From Psilocybe cubensis (Eukaryota), in the NCBI GenBank assembly GCA_017499595.2, contig CM039010.1, forward strand, positions 744,001 to 808,000: a stretch of 64,000 bases of DNA. The letters are read 5' to 3'. Below the pieces are notes generated by a model. It was not told where the DNA came from, searched no databases, and saw only the letters and a list, made by a program, of their open reading frames with translations. The position numbers and the translations under genes are program-made. Positions 1 through 13,839 of this stretch are shown here, piece after piece (the stretch's first letter is position 1; each line of letters opens with the position of its first letter).

Positions 1-1099
1 AGTCACTGATACCAACGCCATTGACCCCATCTACACGGCCGCCTCCTATTTCATTTCCGACGAGGAAATATCTGGTGAAAAACACCCACGCCCCTCATCG
101 ATGCACGAACTAGGAAGCAAAGCAAAACATTCCAGGGTCTTATCGACAAAGAACCAGTTACCAAGAGTCCATTTCGTATTCAACAGAAACAGCCTGTTTC
201 CCAGCCCCCGAAGCCTCCCCTCGCTCCCATTCAAAACAAACAATCAACTTTATTTTCAACCCCACCCGCGCCGTCACATATTTCACCCCCGGTCTCTACA
301 CCCAATAATGGTCCATCTCCTGGTCGCATGGTTCGTCGTCGAATGCGACTAGCCCTGTGCTTTCGACTAGTACGTTGCAGACTACGCCTTCGCCTCCGCC
401 GCTTAGCGATGAGGGCTTGGGATCAGGGTCAGGGTCTGGGGCGGGGTTGGTTAGTAGGAAGGAGATGGAAGAATAGCACACCCAGCAGCATACCCAGCAC
501 ACCCAGCAACAGCAGCGCACTAGTACTCAACGCACAGGGACTGGTGCCCGTACTGGCACTGGCACTGGCAATGGTGTCCAGCGCACCAACGCAGAAGGAC
601 CACGGCTTATCCCTGTCGACCCAGTCCGCGCCACCCCGCACCTCCTTGCAAAAATCCCGTATGTGCCCGTGACGATTGCGCATTTGCCGCAGGATAGTTT
701 GGAGGCGCTTAGATCTGTACGTCTTGGCTGTTAATTGTTTGTTTGTTTTCTTGAGCACTTTCTGATGATGGATTGGTTGGTTGGTTTTTGGTCTTTTTAG
801 GCATGGCGCGAGGCATGTGCGCCGCTTTATCATTGTTGTCGTAGTGTGTGTGAGCGTGCGAAGGTGGTTGAGATGAGTGCACGCCCTGCTGCTGCTGCTA
901 TGGGTTCGTAGCAGGGTGTTGTACCGCGGGTCGCATCAGGCGGTGTACCCGACGCCGAATGTTCCGCCGCTGCAGCATGCGGGCGATGAGATTGTGTTAA
1001 AGGAGGATGAGGACGATGGCGTCGATGGCGTCGAGTTGGATACAGATATGGAGATGGAGATGGGGATGGGGAGGGTGAGGAGGAGGTTGATTATGATGT

Positions 1100-1385
1100 T
1101 TTGGATTATGAGGATGAGGATGAGGAGCAGGAGGAGCAGGAGGAGCAGGATGAAGAGGAGGAGGAGGAAAGGGAAGAAGTGCAGGAGGAGGAGGAGGAGG
1201 AGGAGGAGTACGACCCCGACCATGACCATGGCCATGCGGCGGAGAGGTATCGGTACTCTGGCTCTGTCTCTGTCTTTGTTTCTTCGAGTGTAGCTGTACC
1301 CGCTATATACTACTACCACCACCACCGCTACTACCACAACTACCACCACCACAACCACCGCCACCACAACTACAACCACCGCTGC
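1100..1385. repeat. Trinucleotide tracts (GAG/GAT)n followed by (CAC/TAC/AAC)n within unidentified low-complexity gene fragments
   Basis: Directly visible gaggaggag runs and taccaccaccac runs. They give poly-E and poly-H/T ORFs in several frames. Confidence 0.85.
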
Positions 1386-2029
1386 TGATATCCACACTCC
1401 GACGTATAGATCGGTCCCTGCCCCAACCCCGCTCTTCGCACAGCGCCCATTGCGCAAGAGGTCATCTGATGAGCTTAATGATGATGGAGATGGAGAGGGT
1501 GATGCGGGGTACGATACGGCGAGTAGAAGTAGCGAGACGCTTTCGTCTTCGTGGGTGTCTAGTGCTGGAGCCGGTGCGGGGGATAATGGGCGAGAGAATC
1601 AAGGGGATAATAGAGGGGTGTTCGACCTGTTGATGTTGCTGTGGGTGTGGGTGTAAATGTGGTGGCGCCGGAGCTTGTGATGAGGCCGAGGAAACGGAGT
1701 AGTGAGGAGTTGGATGATGAGCATGAACGTGAACGCGGGCGTGAGCGTGGGAGTGAAGAGAGGGTACCGTGTCGGGGAACATACCATAACGACAACCACA
1801 ACCACAACGACACATATAGCCTCCACAACCACCAACGTATCCGGGTGCACGCGCCGCTTTCGCCGTCGTCTGAGAGCCCGCGCAGTAGAAGGCGGAGCGG
1901 GAGTGTGTATTATTCATCGTCTGCCGATGCGGAGGAAGGTGATCGGGATGTGGTGTTTTCTGAGGTGGGCGATGGCGATGTTGATGTTGATGTGCATGTG
2001 GATGGGGATGGGGACGATATCTCAGGGGA

Positions 2030-2336
2030 CGAATTTCTCGATGTTGCCTCGGAGTGGCTGGACGACGCTAAGAAGGCGATTCTGAAAGGGAAGAAAAACC
2101 TTGACAAGTGGTTCCATGATGGAAGAGAATTCATAAAGCGAGATAACTTGCTCTGTAAGTCATTGTCAGATTCCTCATAATGCGATACATACTGATCGTG
2201 TTGTTCTTTTCTCTTAGACGAATATATTACGCATCCTGAATTCCAGAAATATGATTTGAGGGTGACGGAACCCAAGCTTTGTGACCCAACCGTCAAGCAA
2301 TTGTCAGGGTATCTCGACATTGCTGAAGACAAGCAT
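2030..2336 (+). pseudogene. Fragment of a serine carboxypeptidase (S10, carboxypeptidase Y/C-like): propeptide and start of the mature region only
   Basis: EFLDVASEWLDDAKKAILKGKKNLDKWFHDGREFIKRDNLL, then a GT-AG intron (about 2156-2217), then YEYITHPEFQKYDLRVTEPKLCDPTVKQLSGYLDIAEDKH. LCDPTVKQxSGYLD is the typical S10 N-terminal motif. Similarity stops before the expected LFFWFFES. Confidence 0.8.
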
Positions 2337-2535
2337 GGAGAGTGAGGAGATGCCGTATGTCCCTCCGCCGCTGCCGGCGCATTTACGTCGCCAGCGGCAG
2401 GGCCAGCAGTTTCAGCCAAGGAGCACGATTGGGAGTAGGTATAAGACTGCGATGATACCTACGCCGACGGCGAGGACGAGGACGACAGCGGCAACGAGGA
2501 CGGCAACGAGGACGAGGACGGCAACCAGAAGTTTG

Positions 2536-3249
<714 letters not shown>

Positions 3250-3251
3250 AA

Positions 3252-5720
3252 GGTGTGGTGCGTGTGCGAGACGACGGGATTGTGTGGGTGAGGTGGGATG
3301 TGCTCAACGATCGGTATAACTATTTTATTTTATTTTTCTTTCTTCCTCGCTAATGCTTTTTTAAATCTTTAGACGGGTCCTCGTAGTCGCCTATCCGTCG
3401 GCCCTGCAGATATGGGATACGTATGATCTGAAAGCTATTAGGGAGGTCGTACGGCTGCGATTCGATGCTTCTGCTCCTTCTGGCACGCAGACGCAGTGGA
3501 GTGCGCTTTTCGCTCTTGGTAGGGAACCGATGGGTACAGTAAAGGGCCAGGTTGCCGGTCATGGTGTCGGTGGTAGGATAGGGTCGGGAAGAGACGGTTT
3601 TACGATCCGCGTTGCACATGCGGTTATCCTTCCCGCTACCAGCCGGCGAGCGAAGGCTGCGACGCGCGACAAGGACGTGTTTGAGGATGAGAGGCCGTTG
3701 CTTGGTGTGTTACTTGAAGCGGAGGCGGCGGAAGAGGATGGTAATGCGGGAGTTGAGTCTGTGACGGAAGTGGTATTTGTGGTGTATTCGCTTCGGACAC
3801 ATCGGGTGGTGAAGCATGTACCGCTCTCTGGGGTTCCTGATTTTGGGAGTCGTGCGGGTACTTTTGATGTTAGCAAGGATTTCGTAGTCCTTGTAAGTTA
3901 CTACTTCTTCTTTATTCTCTTTGAGTTTGTTGATTTTCTTTGCTTTGTCTAGAGCACGAAGAGCCCACCAACACTACATATTCTTTCGTCCGCGACATTC
4001 CGGAGGCTTCACACTATCCACTCAACGTCCCTGGAAGCGTTCACAAGGCCCCCGCGCTTACCTCCTCCTACCCCACATGGCTCAGAAATGAATGTGGATG
4101 TAGCAGGTATCAACACCGCCACAGGAGGACCTCCCAGCGTGCATGCAGACGCAGCAACCGGAAAGTCCAGAACAGGCGCCTTTTCATCGGGCCTCTCATT
4201 GTCCATTGCCTCGAACGCGCTGTATGCTCCTGGGAGCCGCAGTAGCACGCCTGCTTCTGTCAATCCTAGTGGAAATGCTGAGCAAGCTGATGGATCAGCC
4301 TCTGTGCCAGTAGTGTACCCCTCTCCCGTGTTTGCCCTGTCTGGAAGACTCCTGGCGTATGCATCGCCCGTCCCTGGGCGCAGCACGGGGGCTAGTGGAG
4401 GAGATGCCGGCTCTATGTCTCCAGGGGGTGTTGGTGGCGTCGGCTCGTCCCCTTCTCCGTCATCCTTCCTCGGTGTCGGTACCGGTATCACTTCAGGTAT
4501 TAGCAAAGCCTCTCGCAGGCTCTCGTCATCGTCATCAGCGTCTGTACACTCGAACGCACCGTCCAGCGCGTCATCGTCGTCCGCGCCCTTCGGGTTAAGC
4601 GCTATAAGTGGGATTGGGGCAAGTATCCCGCGCACACAGGCGGAGGTGGGGCATGCTGCGCTGAGGGTCGGAGAGAGCGTGGTGAGTGGTATGCGGTTTT
4701 TGGGTGGTATGGCGGTGGATGCTGCGCGTAGCCGGGTGGGCGCTGGCGTGGGAGGTGGTGTGCCAGTCAGGCAGGGTACACCTGTTGGTGCAGGGCGGGC
4801 GGGCGGAAGTGTTAGTGGAGGAGGGAATGGGAGGTACATCTCGAGAAGTGCACCGGATAATGCGGAGGATGTGGATGATTCTGCGGCTGCGCAAGCTTTG
4901 CGTGAGCGCAGGTACTCCGCCAACGCGCCAGCTGCTGTTGGAAGTGTTCCGTCGTTCTCGTCGTATGTCAGTTCGCATGCCGTCGCACCACATACGACGG
5001 GCGTGGTTGAACATGGGCATTATGTGACGGTGCTGGATTTAGCACCGCTCCTGGACTCCAACTCTAGCGGGGTAGATAGATCTGGACTCGATCTGGAGAG
5101 CACTGTGAAGAACATACACGACGTCGACGTTGTCTATAATGACGAACTTGTCGACGACATGCGCCCAATCCGGACCCCTATGAAGATCGATGAATTCAAT
5201 GCGTCGCGCAGCCAGCCCGTTGCAGGTCTCTGCTTCGCGCAAGATGGGACAAGCGTGGGCGTGATCACGCGCGACGGGCACCGTGTCAAAGTATTCAGGC
5301 TCCGCCCCGTGCCATCCGTCGTGCGTCTAGGAGAAAGGAACACATCGTCAGAATTGGTGGAGGAAACTGGTTTGCAGGAGACACCACATGGCCCGCGTGC
5401 TGCGCAGGTGTATGACTTGTATCGCGGACGCACGTCTGCTGTGGTGGAGGGTGTGTATTGGGCGAAAGACAGCAGGTGGGTTGCGGTTGGTACTCGAAAT
5501 AGGACTGTTCATGTGTTCGCGACGAACCCCTACGGCGGAGAGACTGATTTACGAAGCCACATGGAGGGGAGGGTTAGAAATGTGGATGTGATTGTGAGTT
5601 TTGTTCTTTCCTTTATACCGTGCAGGCAGTATTTTTCAGCCTTGACTATGAGCGACTCGTAGCCGCTCGTCATGCTTCTTGATCCGCCCTACACTACAGT
5701 ACCGCCATCCATCAAATAAC
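3252..5720 (+). pseudogene. 5'- and 3'-truncated BCAS3-like (PROPPIN-related WD40) gene fragment with introns
   Basis: [15 protein letters not shown] | RVLVVAYPSALQIWD...VYSLRTHRVVK...PVFALSGRLLAYAS...HYVTVLDL...VYDLYRGRTSAVVEGVYWAKDSRWVAVGTRNRTVHVFATNPYGG. After the last intron only a short, unrelated-looking tail (PLVMLLDPPYTTVPPSIK*) remains. Confidence 0.75.
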
Positions 5721-6097
5721 GAGAAGTTTTCGGGATGTGACGAGTGTTGAGTGAGTGAGGAATGACGTTTAGTCCAGCTTATTTCAGGTCCTACAGCAGG
5801 TCATGCTAGGACATTTAATCACAATGACATATTTATCAAGAAAAAATATCGTAGAATAGTACAAATGGCTGGTAAGATAAACTACACAGGAATTTATTTA
5901 CAAGAATACGAAAGCAGAAAGCAATACGAGAGCATGAAGGAAGAATAGGATACTACCATGTCCAAACAAGAAATACAAGAAATGAATGAGGTACGGTATT
6001 ACGTCGAAAGAGAAACTCGTTCTTCATTAGCGACGCGTGCACAAAGGACGGTACGATGTGCTGAGGCTGCGTTGTTGGGACAGGCTAAGTAATGAAG

Positions 6098-6262
6098 GGC
6101 CCTATGTGTTGTATGGGTCCACGGGATAAGTGTTGGGGAGTAATGGACGCGAATGGGCGCGGTAGTTTCGTCGCAAACGGGCCTTACGCGTCGTATGGGT
6201 CCACGGGATAAGTGGTGGGGAGTAGTGAGCGCAAATGGGCGCGGCGGTTTTGTCGAAAACGT
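6098..6262. repeat. Imperfect tandem duplication of about 82 bp (two units)
   Basis: gtatgggtccacgggataagtg(t/g)tggggagta(a/g)tg..cgc(g/a)aatgggcgcgg occurs twice in succession. Confidence 0.85.
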
Positions 6263-6632
6263 GGGACCGAGCTAGTGGGTGATTGTCTGTTGCTGTGGTC
6301 CTCAACGTGCACCGACGACTCTGTAGAGGAGTTAGCAACTTGATTTTGTTAGAGAATATCAAAGCAGACGCACCGTCTACATGTGAACCCGTCTCGACGT
6401 TCCTTCTCAATCTCCTATCCCTCAACCGCTCGTACAAATTTTCTCTGATCTTCTCCGGTAGAATTTTCTGGCATCGGTTGTAGAGCCAGTCGCGGGCTTT
6501 CTCGATAGGGGCCATAATGTCGCCGAGGAACGTTAGGACGATGCACAATATCCCGCCAATGAAGATTGGGACTACCATCAGGAGGTTGAAGTAGTGCGTC
6601 GCTTTGTCCACGGGGATGTGCAAATCGGGCAT
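6184..6632 (-). CDS. Small two-exon orphan protein with one predicted transmembrane helix (about 130 aa)
   Basis: ATG at 6632 (MPDLHIPVDK...LLMVVPIFIGGILCIVLTFLG). An intron gtgcgt...gctaac...ctacag follows. The second exon ends TYPVDPYDA* at 6184. Confidence 0.5.
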
Positions 6633-6944
6633 GATCAGTTGAGTGAGAAAATTAGGATGATAAGAGCGGTTGAAGGAGTTGGTTTGAGGGAGGTTGTGAG
6701 GGAGGTGGAGGTTTGGAGAAGAGATCTGTATGTGGATGCTGTGCAGGTGAGCAGGGTTTTGTAGGGCTCTTACCAAACGTTGACAAACGAATCGGTTCTC
6801 GCGCTCACCCAGCGACTTCGAGCTCTCGAAGGCCATGTACTAGAGCACATCTCTTTCATTTACTCTACCTGTCTGAAGCGTCATCTTACGGTTTTTCTTA
6901 GCGCCCATTTTTGTTACTTACATATGTAAAATTACCTGTATCAC

Positions 6945-7027
6945 GCGCACCTAAATTTGCTGATTTGAAGCGCACCTAAATATGTAGTATCGAAAGCGCA
7001 CTAAATATAGCTATCTAGCTAACAGTG
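6945..7027 (-). mobile_element. Putative terminus of a CACTA/CMC-EnSpm-like DNA transposon (CACTG end plus subterminal repeats)
   Basis: Three direct repeats gcgcac(c)taaat at 6945, 6970 and 6996, then ...ctaacagtg ending at 7027, which reads 5'-CACTGTTAG on the minus strand. The partner end and TSD are not visible in the window. Confidence 0.45.
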
Positions 7028-8955
7028 TATCCAATACTCCACTAAGTACCGTTTAGTTTCCGAGAAAATCTGATGTATTGCTACAGTACTAATAATAATT
7101 TTTTCATTCACACCAAAATATCTTCTTTTCGTCATATCAGCTATTCTTACTGGTTCCAAAACGCCAAGCGATCATGTTTCAACTTTCAGCATGGGGAAAG
7201 ATGATTAGATCAATGATTATCATTGTGAAATTTGTCATTGTAATTTTCAACAGCATGTTTTAGTGTACAAACGGAGTAATTGCCGTTCCCTCAGTATATT
7301 TTGATGTTCCGGAGTCCCACAGTGTATATATATAATGGCTTCCTGAGTGAATGTTGGATTCGGTAACCATATGAGAATGGTCGTGTATCCAAAAATTAAA
7401 TTTGAAAAGTTCACGCACCACTTGCAGCCTGAGCTATGGGGAAAGGGCAAGGATATTGCGACTCGTTTCTCAGTGCTTAGCGAGATGTTCGCCGGGTTCA
7501 GCTTTGACAAGTTGTAACAAAACTATATAAAAAGCAGCTCTTAATCGGCTTAGAGAAGCTGCAGTAAGTATAACTTATCATATATAGAACCAGTGGCGCG
7601 CTAGAATCTTAGAAGTCGAGGATTCCGTATGCTTTAGACAAACTTGGTTCCGGAGGTGGACAATCATGAATTGCTTGTAAGCCTCAAGAATTTCATTGTG
7701 ATTATAAAAACGGAATAGAGGGTAACCCACTACTTCAAGATAACATCTATTAGGTGATTCCAACAAATCAATCCGTCAAACGAGAGGACTAGTACTTCAT
7801 TGAACTCCTGCCAAATGATTGAGTGAGTTTATGCAATGTGGGTATCAAAGGGTGTAATAAGCGTTTTTACTTTTCGGGTCTGGTGTGGCGTGTCTGGACG
7901 ACATTTCTTGGGATGGGATGGTTAACATGGTGATGAAGGAGATGAAAACAATACTCGATAACTATGAAATCCGATAAGAAAATTGTTTGGAGTTATTTCA
8001 CACTCGACTTGGGTTATTTCAAGGTTATTTGATGATTTTACTTCATTTTAGTCTACGATTTCCAAATGCGAGATATTTTAGGTCAGAGGCAGTAATTAAA
8101 CTCTGAATAAATAAACCCCCCTTATGCAGGCATAAATTAGGAAGAATATTGATGGGAAGGCAAAGCGCACATGTGAGTGGATGAGAATACTGTGAAGCGC
8201 TCAACAAGCGCTCGGACAATTATTTTCGTTCGGACTTTGAATATTGTAATTCAGTTCGTCGATCCCCCAAGAGCCTTTGGAGGATTGCCGCCCGACACAG
8301 GCCGAACATGAACGTTTGAACATTGAAGCTTGAAGGCTTAACAGACCTTTGCGTTTGCCTTTCTCCAATCCAGCTGACTAGTATTATTTCGTTCTATCTT
8401 ACCTTCCATAGCTTTGCGTATATTCAGTCTGAGCTTATGTTTTTCATCTCCAAGAGTCTGTTGAGTTATACGTGGTAGAAACGGTGATTTTTTCAGACAG
8501 AAAAACATTCATGCCATGATGCATTATCCATGGTAGTCGGTAACCGGCGCTCAAGCTCCCAGTCATGCCAACAAATTCATCGGCGAAGTGACGCAACCGT
8601 TACATGTCAGGCGTTGACATTATTGATCTCCACGATAATTGAGGTGAGATATATGTTATTTTCAGAGCATATACGAACACTTGAAATTTTGTTGGAATCC
8701 AGAGGTCCCTCTGCTGAAACAGTGGTTGTTTCCCTTTGATCATGCGTCTTTGATACTTACAGTCACTTGCGGCGCATGTGGGAAAGTAACCCCTGAAAAG
8801 TAGCTCAAAAAAGGAAAGAGCAAAAATGAGAGGGAATTACATTCATACGTTGTTCACGAACCTGCATTACATTCATTCAAGGCGCTGTCCATTTCTCTCC
8901 TTTTTTAACAAAATAAACATTTTCCGGGACTCCGCCAGCAGGCAAAAGCAGTCGC

Positions 8956-10975
8956 ATGCAACGACGCACAACAAGAGGGCAGGCACACATATCGCCGCCA
9001 GTCCAAGACCACCTTCTCTCCTCACACTCTATGGGTTCCGACTCTGAGAAAGCCTCGCGGCTCTCGCAGCGCTCACTGGGCGTGACGAACCGCATCTGGG
9101 CCCTCCTACTACTGCTCGTTTGCATCATCACATTCACCCGCCTCATTTGGCCGTCCCTGAGTGCAGCACCGCACCAGCAGAATTACTCAAATGCGGATTT
9201 GAAGCCGAAGAACTACTTCAATGCAACAGAGGCGGGCCCGAATCCTTTTGCGTTTTGTCCAAACTATGGGCCCGGGGATGAGCTGGGGATGAAGTATGGC
9301 GCATTGACATTGTCGAAAAGCAGGCTGCATTTGGGGAGCGGGGGAAGAATCCAGCGGGTGCTCAACCAAGCGCTGGCAGGACATCCCGTTACTATCAGCG
9401 TTCTCGGGGGATCAAGTGAGTCTTTGCTCTCTATGCTACCTTGAATAGTAACCTCGCTGACACGTATACTCGCCATTGTGCCTTATCACTCGCAGTATCT
9501 GCATGCCACGGCGCTGGCAATGACCCTATCTCGCCAAAATGCTACCCATCCAAGTTCTTCCAGTGGTGGAACTCTGTGTTCCCGCACCCCGCGTCCGAAC
9601 TGACGAACGGCGCGATGCGCAAGACAAACTCTGGATACTTTGGATTTTGCCATTCGCACCATTTGCCGGACGTCACGGACCTCGTCATCATCGAGCTTGA
9701 CACCGACGACCCGCCGTACGTGGCGCTTGCTCGCCTTTCATTCATCTTTCCGTGATTCAAATGCTGATTGACTGCTCTTTCCGATTGTATTCATGTTATC
9801 CATCCGCGTATTCATTCATGCATTATGCATCTGTCAACAGTGGCCAAGAGATGATGGAACACTTCGAAACCCTTGTGCGCTCCATCCTCATCCGCCCCGA
9901 CCAGCCCGCCGTGCTGCTCCTCGGACACTTCTCGCCCCAGGTGCACCAAACGCATGGCTATGCAGGCCCAGACCACTGGCACTCCATCGTCGCGCAGTTC
10001 TATGACCTCCCGCACATCTCGATCAAGTCTGCTGTGTTCCCAGACTACATGCGCGACCCGAACTCGGTGAACAAGTACTACGAAGACCCGATTCTCGCGA
10101 GCGTCGCGGGGCACGACCTCATCACGGATGTGCTGGTGGCGTACATGCAGAACCAGATCTGCACCGCATGGGATGTGGCGCATGGGGCGTCATTCGATGC
10201 AGCGCCGGTGTATACTTCGGGAGGTGAAGGCGGCGCGGGTGGTGATGGGCTGGCGCTGTTTGGGGGGATGGGTCAGAGGAAGGGCGTCCCGGAGCCGGAT
10301 GGGAGTAAAGAGGGCCAGGCTGCAGCTGCAGCTGCTGCGGCGGCGGATGCGAACCGCGCTAAGATTGAGGCGGCGAAGGAGGCGCTGGCGAAGCATGCCC
10401 TGCTGCGCGTTCCTGCTGGGAGGATCAACACGCGCCCGAATAGTGGGCGGCCATATGAAGAGGTCGCGCCGTACTGTGTGTCTGCGAATGATCTGATCAA
10501 CCCCCTCCCACCTTCTTTGTTTTATGGGTCAGGATGGTTTGCATACCACCCTGCTAATACGGGTGGCCAGGCACTCCAGAACGCGGCGCATTATTGGTAC
10601 TCAACCCTTCCCACGAGCAAACTTAGGATCCCGATCCAGGTTGGCGCAGGTGATATTGGTGTCTACTATCTCAGGGAGCCGGCGAAGGATATCGGCGAGG
10701 GTAGCTCTGTAGAATGTTGGGTCGATGATAACTATGGCGGAGCAAGGGTCATTGAGAACGCAGCAGACGTAGGAGAGCCGACACCTACGTGAGTGTCTTT
10801 CTCTTCATTTCTTCCCCTAATGTTCTGTGAAAAGGAAAACTTATATTTCGATGATAGATTGTATATTATCGACCACTACGTCTCTCGCGGCTCACATTAC
10901 GTCGAGTGCCAGCTTATGGGCGAGGAGGGACAGGGCGTCCCACCGTTCAAGATTATTGGCATATTCTCGACGTAA
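8956..10975 (+). CDS. CAP64: CAP64/CAS3-family (capsule-associated, SGNH-hydrolase-like) type II membrane protein, multi-exon
   Basis: N-terminal TM (IWALLLLLVCIITF), SRLHLGSGGRIQRVL..PVTISVLGGS|VSACHGAG, ELTNGA, DLVIIEL, FETLVRSILIRPDQPAV, GHDLITDVL, CWVDDNYGG. Introns are canonical, and the stop follows FKIIGIFST. Confidence 0.8.
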
Positions 10976-11635
10976 CGAATTCCTAGATATACACGCATCC
11001 AACCCTCAAACGCGAACGGCAGAGCGCCCCACAACAAAAAAGGACACACGCAACAACGACACAACGAGGAGAGTCACAGTCGGCAGGAGGCGAGCATCGG
11101 TAACATATTATTATAATTTCTATACATTCATACATACATACATACATACACATATACATAGTGCCTTCGTCGGCGGGTGGCTGGTGGACCCACAGAGAGA
11201 AAGAGCGGGAGACGGACTTGTTCTTTTTAGCTAGTTTTTTTTTCGCGATTTTGCACTTTGATAACCTTGTATGCATGCAAAGTACACTCATCACACGCCC
11301 CATCCCCCATCCTCCCTTCCATTCGTCTATCTACGTCTACCTTCTCCACGGCCCCTGACACACCCTCTCTTTGTTAGTTCTGTATTGCTGTCTCTTGTCT
11401 TCTTTTTTTTTTGGATCCTGTTGACTTCCCCTCGAAGTTTCTGGGCGAGGAGAGCGTATTAGTGCATCATGAGGAGTCAAGAAGATATTCTCTGGCCGCA
11501 AACGCGACTCCATAGACCATTGTACAACAATAAATATCATTCTGGCTTTGCATGGAGCCAATCCAGAGGCGTGTCACAAGTCTTAAAAAGCCAACATTGC
11601 GGATACAAACTTAAAAAATCAAATGACAAAAGAAT

Positions 11636-11720
11636 TGGACACTGTGGGATTTGAACCCACGACCTCATGCATGTATCGAATAGATGCAAAGCATGCGCGC
11701 TACCCCTGTGCCAAGAGCCC
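11636..11720 (-). tRNA. tRNA-Ala (anticodon TGC) with a 13-nt intron
   Basis: Minus strand reads GGGCTCT TG GCAC AGGGGTA GCGC G CATGC TT TGC A [TCTATTCGATACA] T GCATG AGGTC GTGGG TTCAAAT CCCAC AGTGTCC A. It forms a cloverleaf with the G3:U70 alanine identity pair and a canonical 37/38 intron. Confidence 0.95.
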
Positions 11721-12018
11721 GTATGAGTATGATTGATAAAGAGTCCTGATGTTCCGAGAGCAGTAGTCGAATGGCGGAATGTGGTCACTCATTTATTTTC
11801 TTTGCGTCTCCTTGGTCTTTGATTTTCTTGACTCCCTTCAAGTCTCTTTGGTTTGAGGGCAATATTTTTCTTATTCACCCTCTGTCGACTGTGAATCTAA
11901 ATCTTCCCACTCTTTAACCGATTGTATTGGTTTTATTCTGTTGTACACTACCCCAACTACGAACTTGGAGCTCTAATTTCCCGTCTTAATCACCCAAAAC
12001 ACAAAACCCTATACAACC

Positions 12019-13839
12019 ATGGCAACTTCAAAAGGGAAATCAAAAGTGTCGCCTTCATCCTCAGAGGCCGCCACCAAAAAGACCTCATCTTCAACTACCA
12101 CTAAATCCAAGGCGAAGCCTTCAAAATCGGCGATCGGGGCCCCGTCTCAGCTGAACCAGTCGAGCAGGAAGGGCAAGAAGGCATGGCGGAAGAATGTGGA
12201 CATTACGGATGTTGAGGCGACGATGGAGGAGTTGAGGGCGGAGGAGAGGGTTACTGGGTACGTTGACTTTTTTTCTTGTTTCTGTATGAGAATCATGTTC
12301 GAATTTTATGTGACGATTTTAGAACGACGATTGGGCAGATGAAAGATGGCGAATTGTTTTTCACTGATGTGAAAGGCGACGATAAAGGTGTGTGTTTTCA
12401 TATTCAGGTTTCAAAATGTATCAAGTATGCTAATGAGAGGTCGCTCCAGTCCGACACATCCTCCCCAAGTTCTCCACCGCCCAACTTACGTCCACCAAAA
12501 TTCTCGCACAGCGCTCCGCTGTGCCCGCCGTCTTCTCCCGCACCACCTCTTCCTCTTCGAAGCGGAAATCTGCGCTGTCCCGTGAAGAAAAAGAGAGGCT
12601 TCTGCGCATTGCGAAAAGGCCGAGGAAAGGCCCGTTCAATAGCGTGCTCGACCCATCTGAGTACAAGGATGGTAGCGGTGTTGTTGATCTCAGCGAAGCA
12701 GTGAAAAAGAGTGGGACATACGATGCGTGGGCACCTGAAGAGGTGCCGGAGGAGGCGATGAAGGATGGGATGGAGACGGTGTACAAGCCGAAGGTTAAGG
12801 TGAGTTTCTTGCCTTTAATTTTTAAAAATTTCCGTTCTGTATCACTATAGTCTTTATGCTTATACAATACCGGATTTCTAGCCCCCCACGACAAAAAAAA
12901 CCAAAGACCTGATCTCGATTCCCGCCATCGTGCAGCCCCATCAAGGGACATCATACAACCCACCGGCAGATGCACACCAAGAATTGCTAGAAAAGGCCGC
13001 TGCAATCGAGTTGAAACACCTTGAAAAGTTGGAGAAGATGGCTGAGGTGAAGAATAAGATGGACAGCGCAAAAGTGACCGCGGAGGCCAGAGAGGAAGGT
13101 GTCGCCCCTGGGATGAAGGTGCAGGAGATTGGAGATGTAGATATGGATGACGGCGAGCAAGAAGAAGAAAATCAGGACGGAGGGGAGGGACTGAAGACGA
13201 AAAAGGTGCCTGAGAGGAAAACAAAAGCGCAGAGAAGAAAAGCTGCGCGCGTGCTCGCAGAGGTTCGCATTTTCCAATTATCCTCTTGTGGTATTCTAAA
13301 TAATTTTTCTTTTCCTTTCTTCAGCAACGTGCTCTAGCGCTGCGTGCACAGCGTAAACGTATGCTCACTGCTATAAACGAAGCCAAATCGCTGCGCCGAT
13401 CTAACGCACGCGAGGCTGCCGCGCGCGAGGCAGAGCGGGAAGCCAAACGCCTTGCAGCCGAGGAGAAGCTCAAGACGCAAGGGTTGGCAGGGCAGAAACT
13501 CGGGAAGCACAAGGTCCCCGAAGGTCGGGTAGAAGTACAACTTGGAGAAGATTTGAGTGAGAATCTGAGAGGACTGAAGGTATTTTTTAATGGTTATTCG
13601 TTTTTGCTTGACGTTTACTGATTGTTCTACAATGTAGCCTGAAGGAAGTCTTTTCCATGATCGATTCCAGAGTTTGCAACAGCGAGCATTGATTGAACCC
13701 AGAGTTCCTGTGATGTACGTGTATCTTTATATTCACATTCATTCAGTTTTCCTGATTGTATCATATCCATTGTAGACCTAAGAAACGTAGGAACAGGATC
13801 ATTGAGTACGAAAAGCACGCATGGAAAAGATTCGAGTAG
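12019..13839 (+). CDS. NOP53: 60S ribosome biogenesis protein Nop53/GLTSCR2, multi-exon
   Basis: QSSRKGKKAWRKNVDI, LFFTDVKGD (AIM-like), PHQGTSYNPP, ERKTKAQRRK, VQLGEDLSENLRGLK|PEGSLFHDRFQSLQQRALIEPR, ending YEKHAWKRFE*. Confidence 0.93.

Noticed and set aside
4-20. CACTG at position 4 as the left end of the putative CACTA-like element
   Set aside because: The following bases (ataccaac) do not match CACTGTTAGC, there are no subterminal repeats, and the flanks give no TSD.
936-1917. Long minus-strand ORFs rich in L/V/H as membrane proteins
   Set aside because: They are antisense shadows of trinucleotide repeats.
7250-7950. Possible degenerate minus-strand gene (MLTIPSQEMSS...)
   Set aside because: It has multiple stops and no recognisable motif, so a call cannot be supported.
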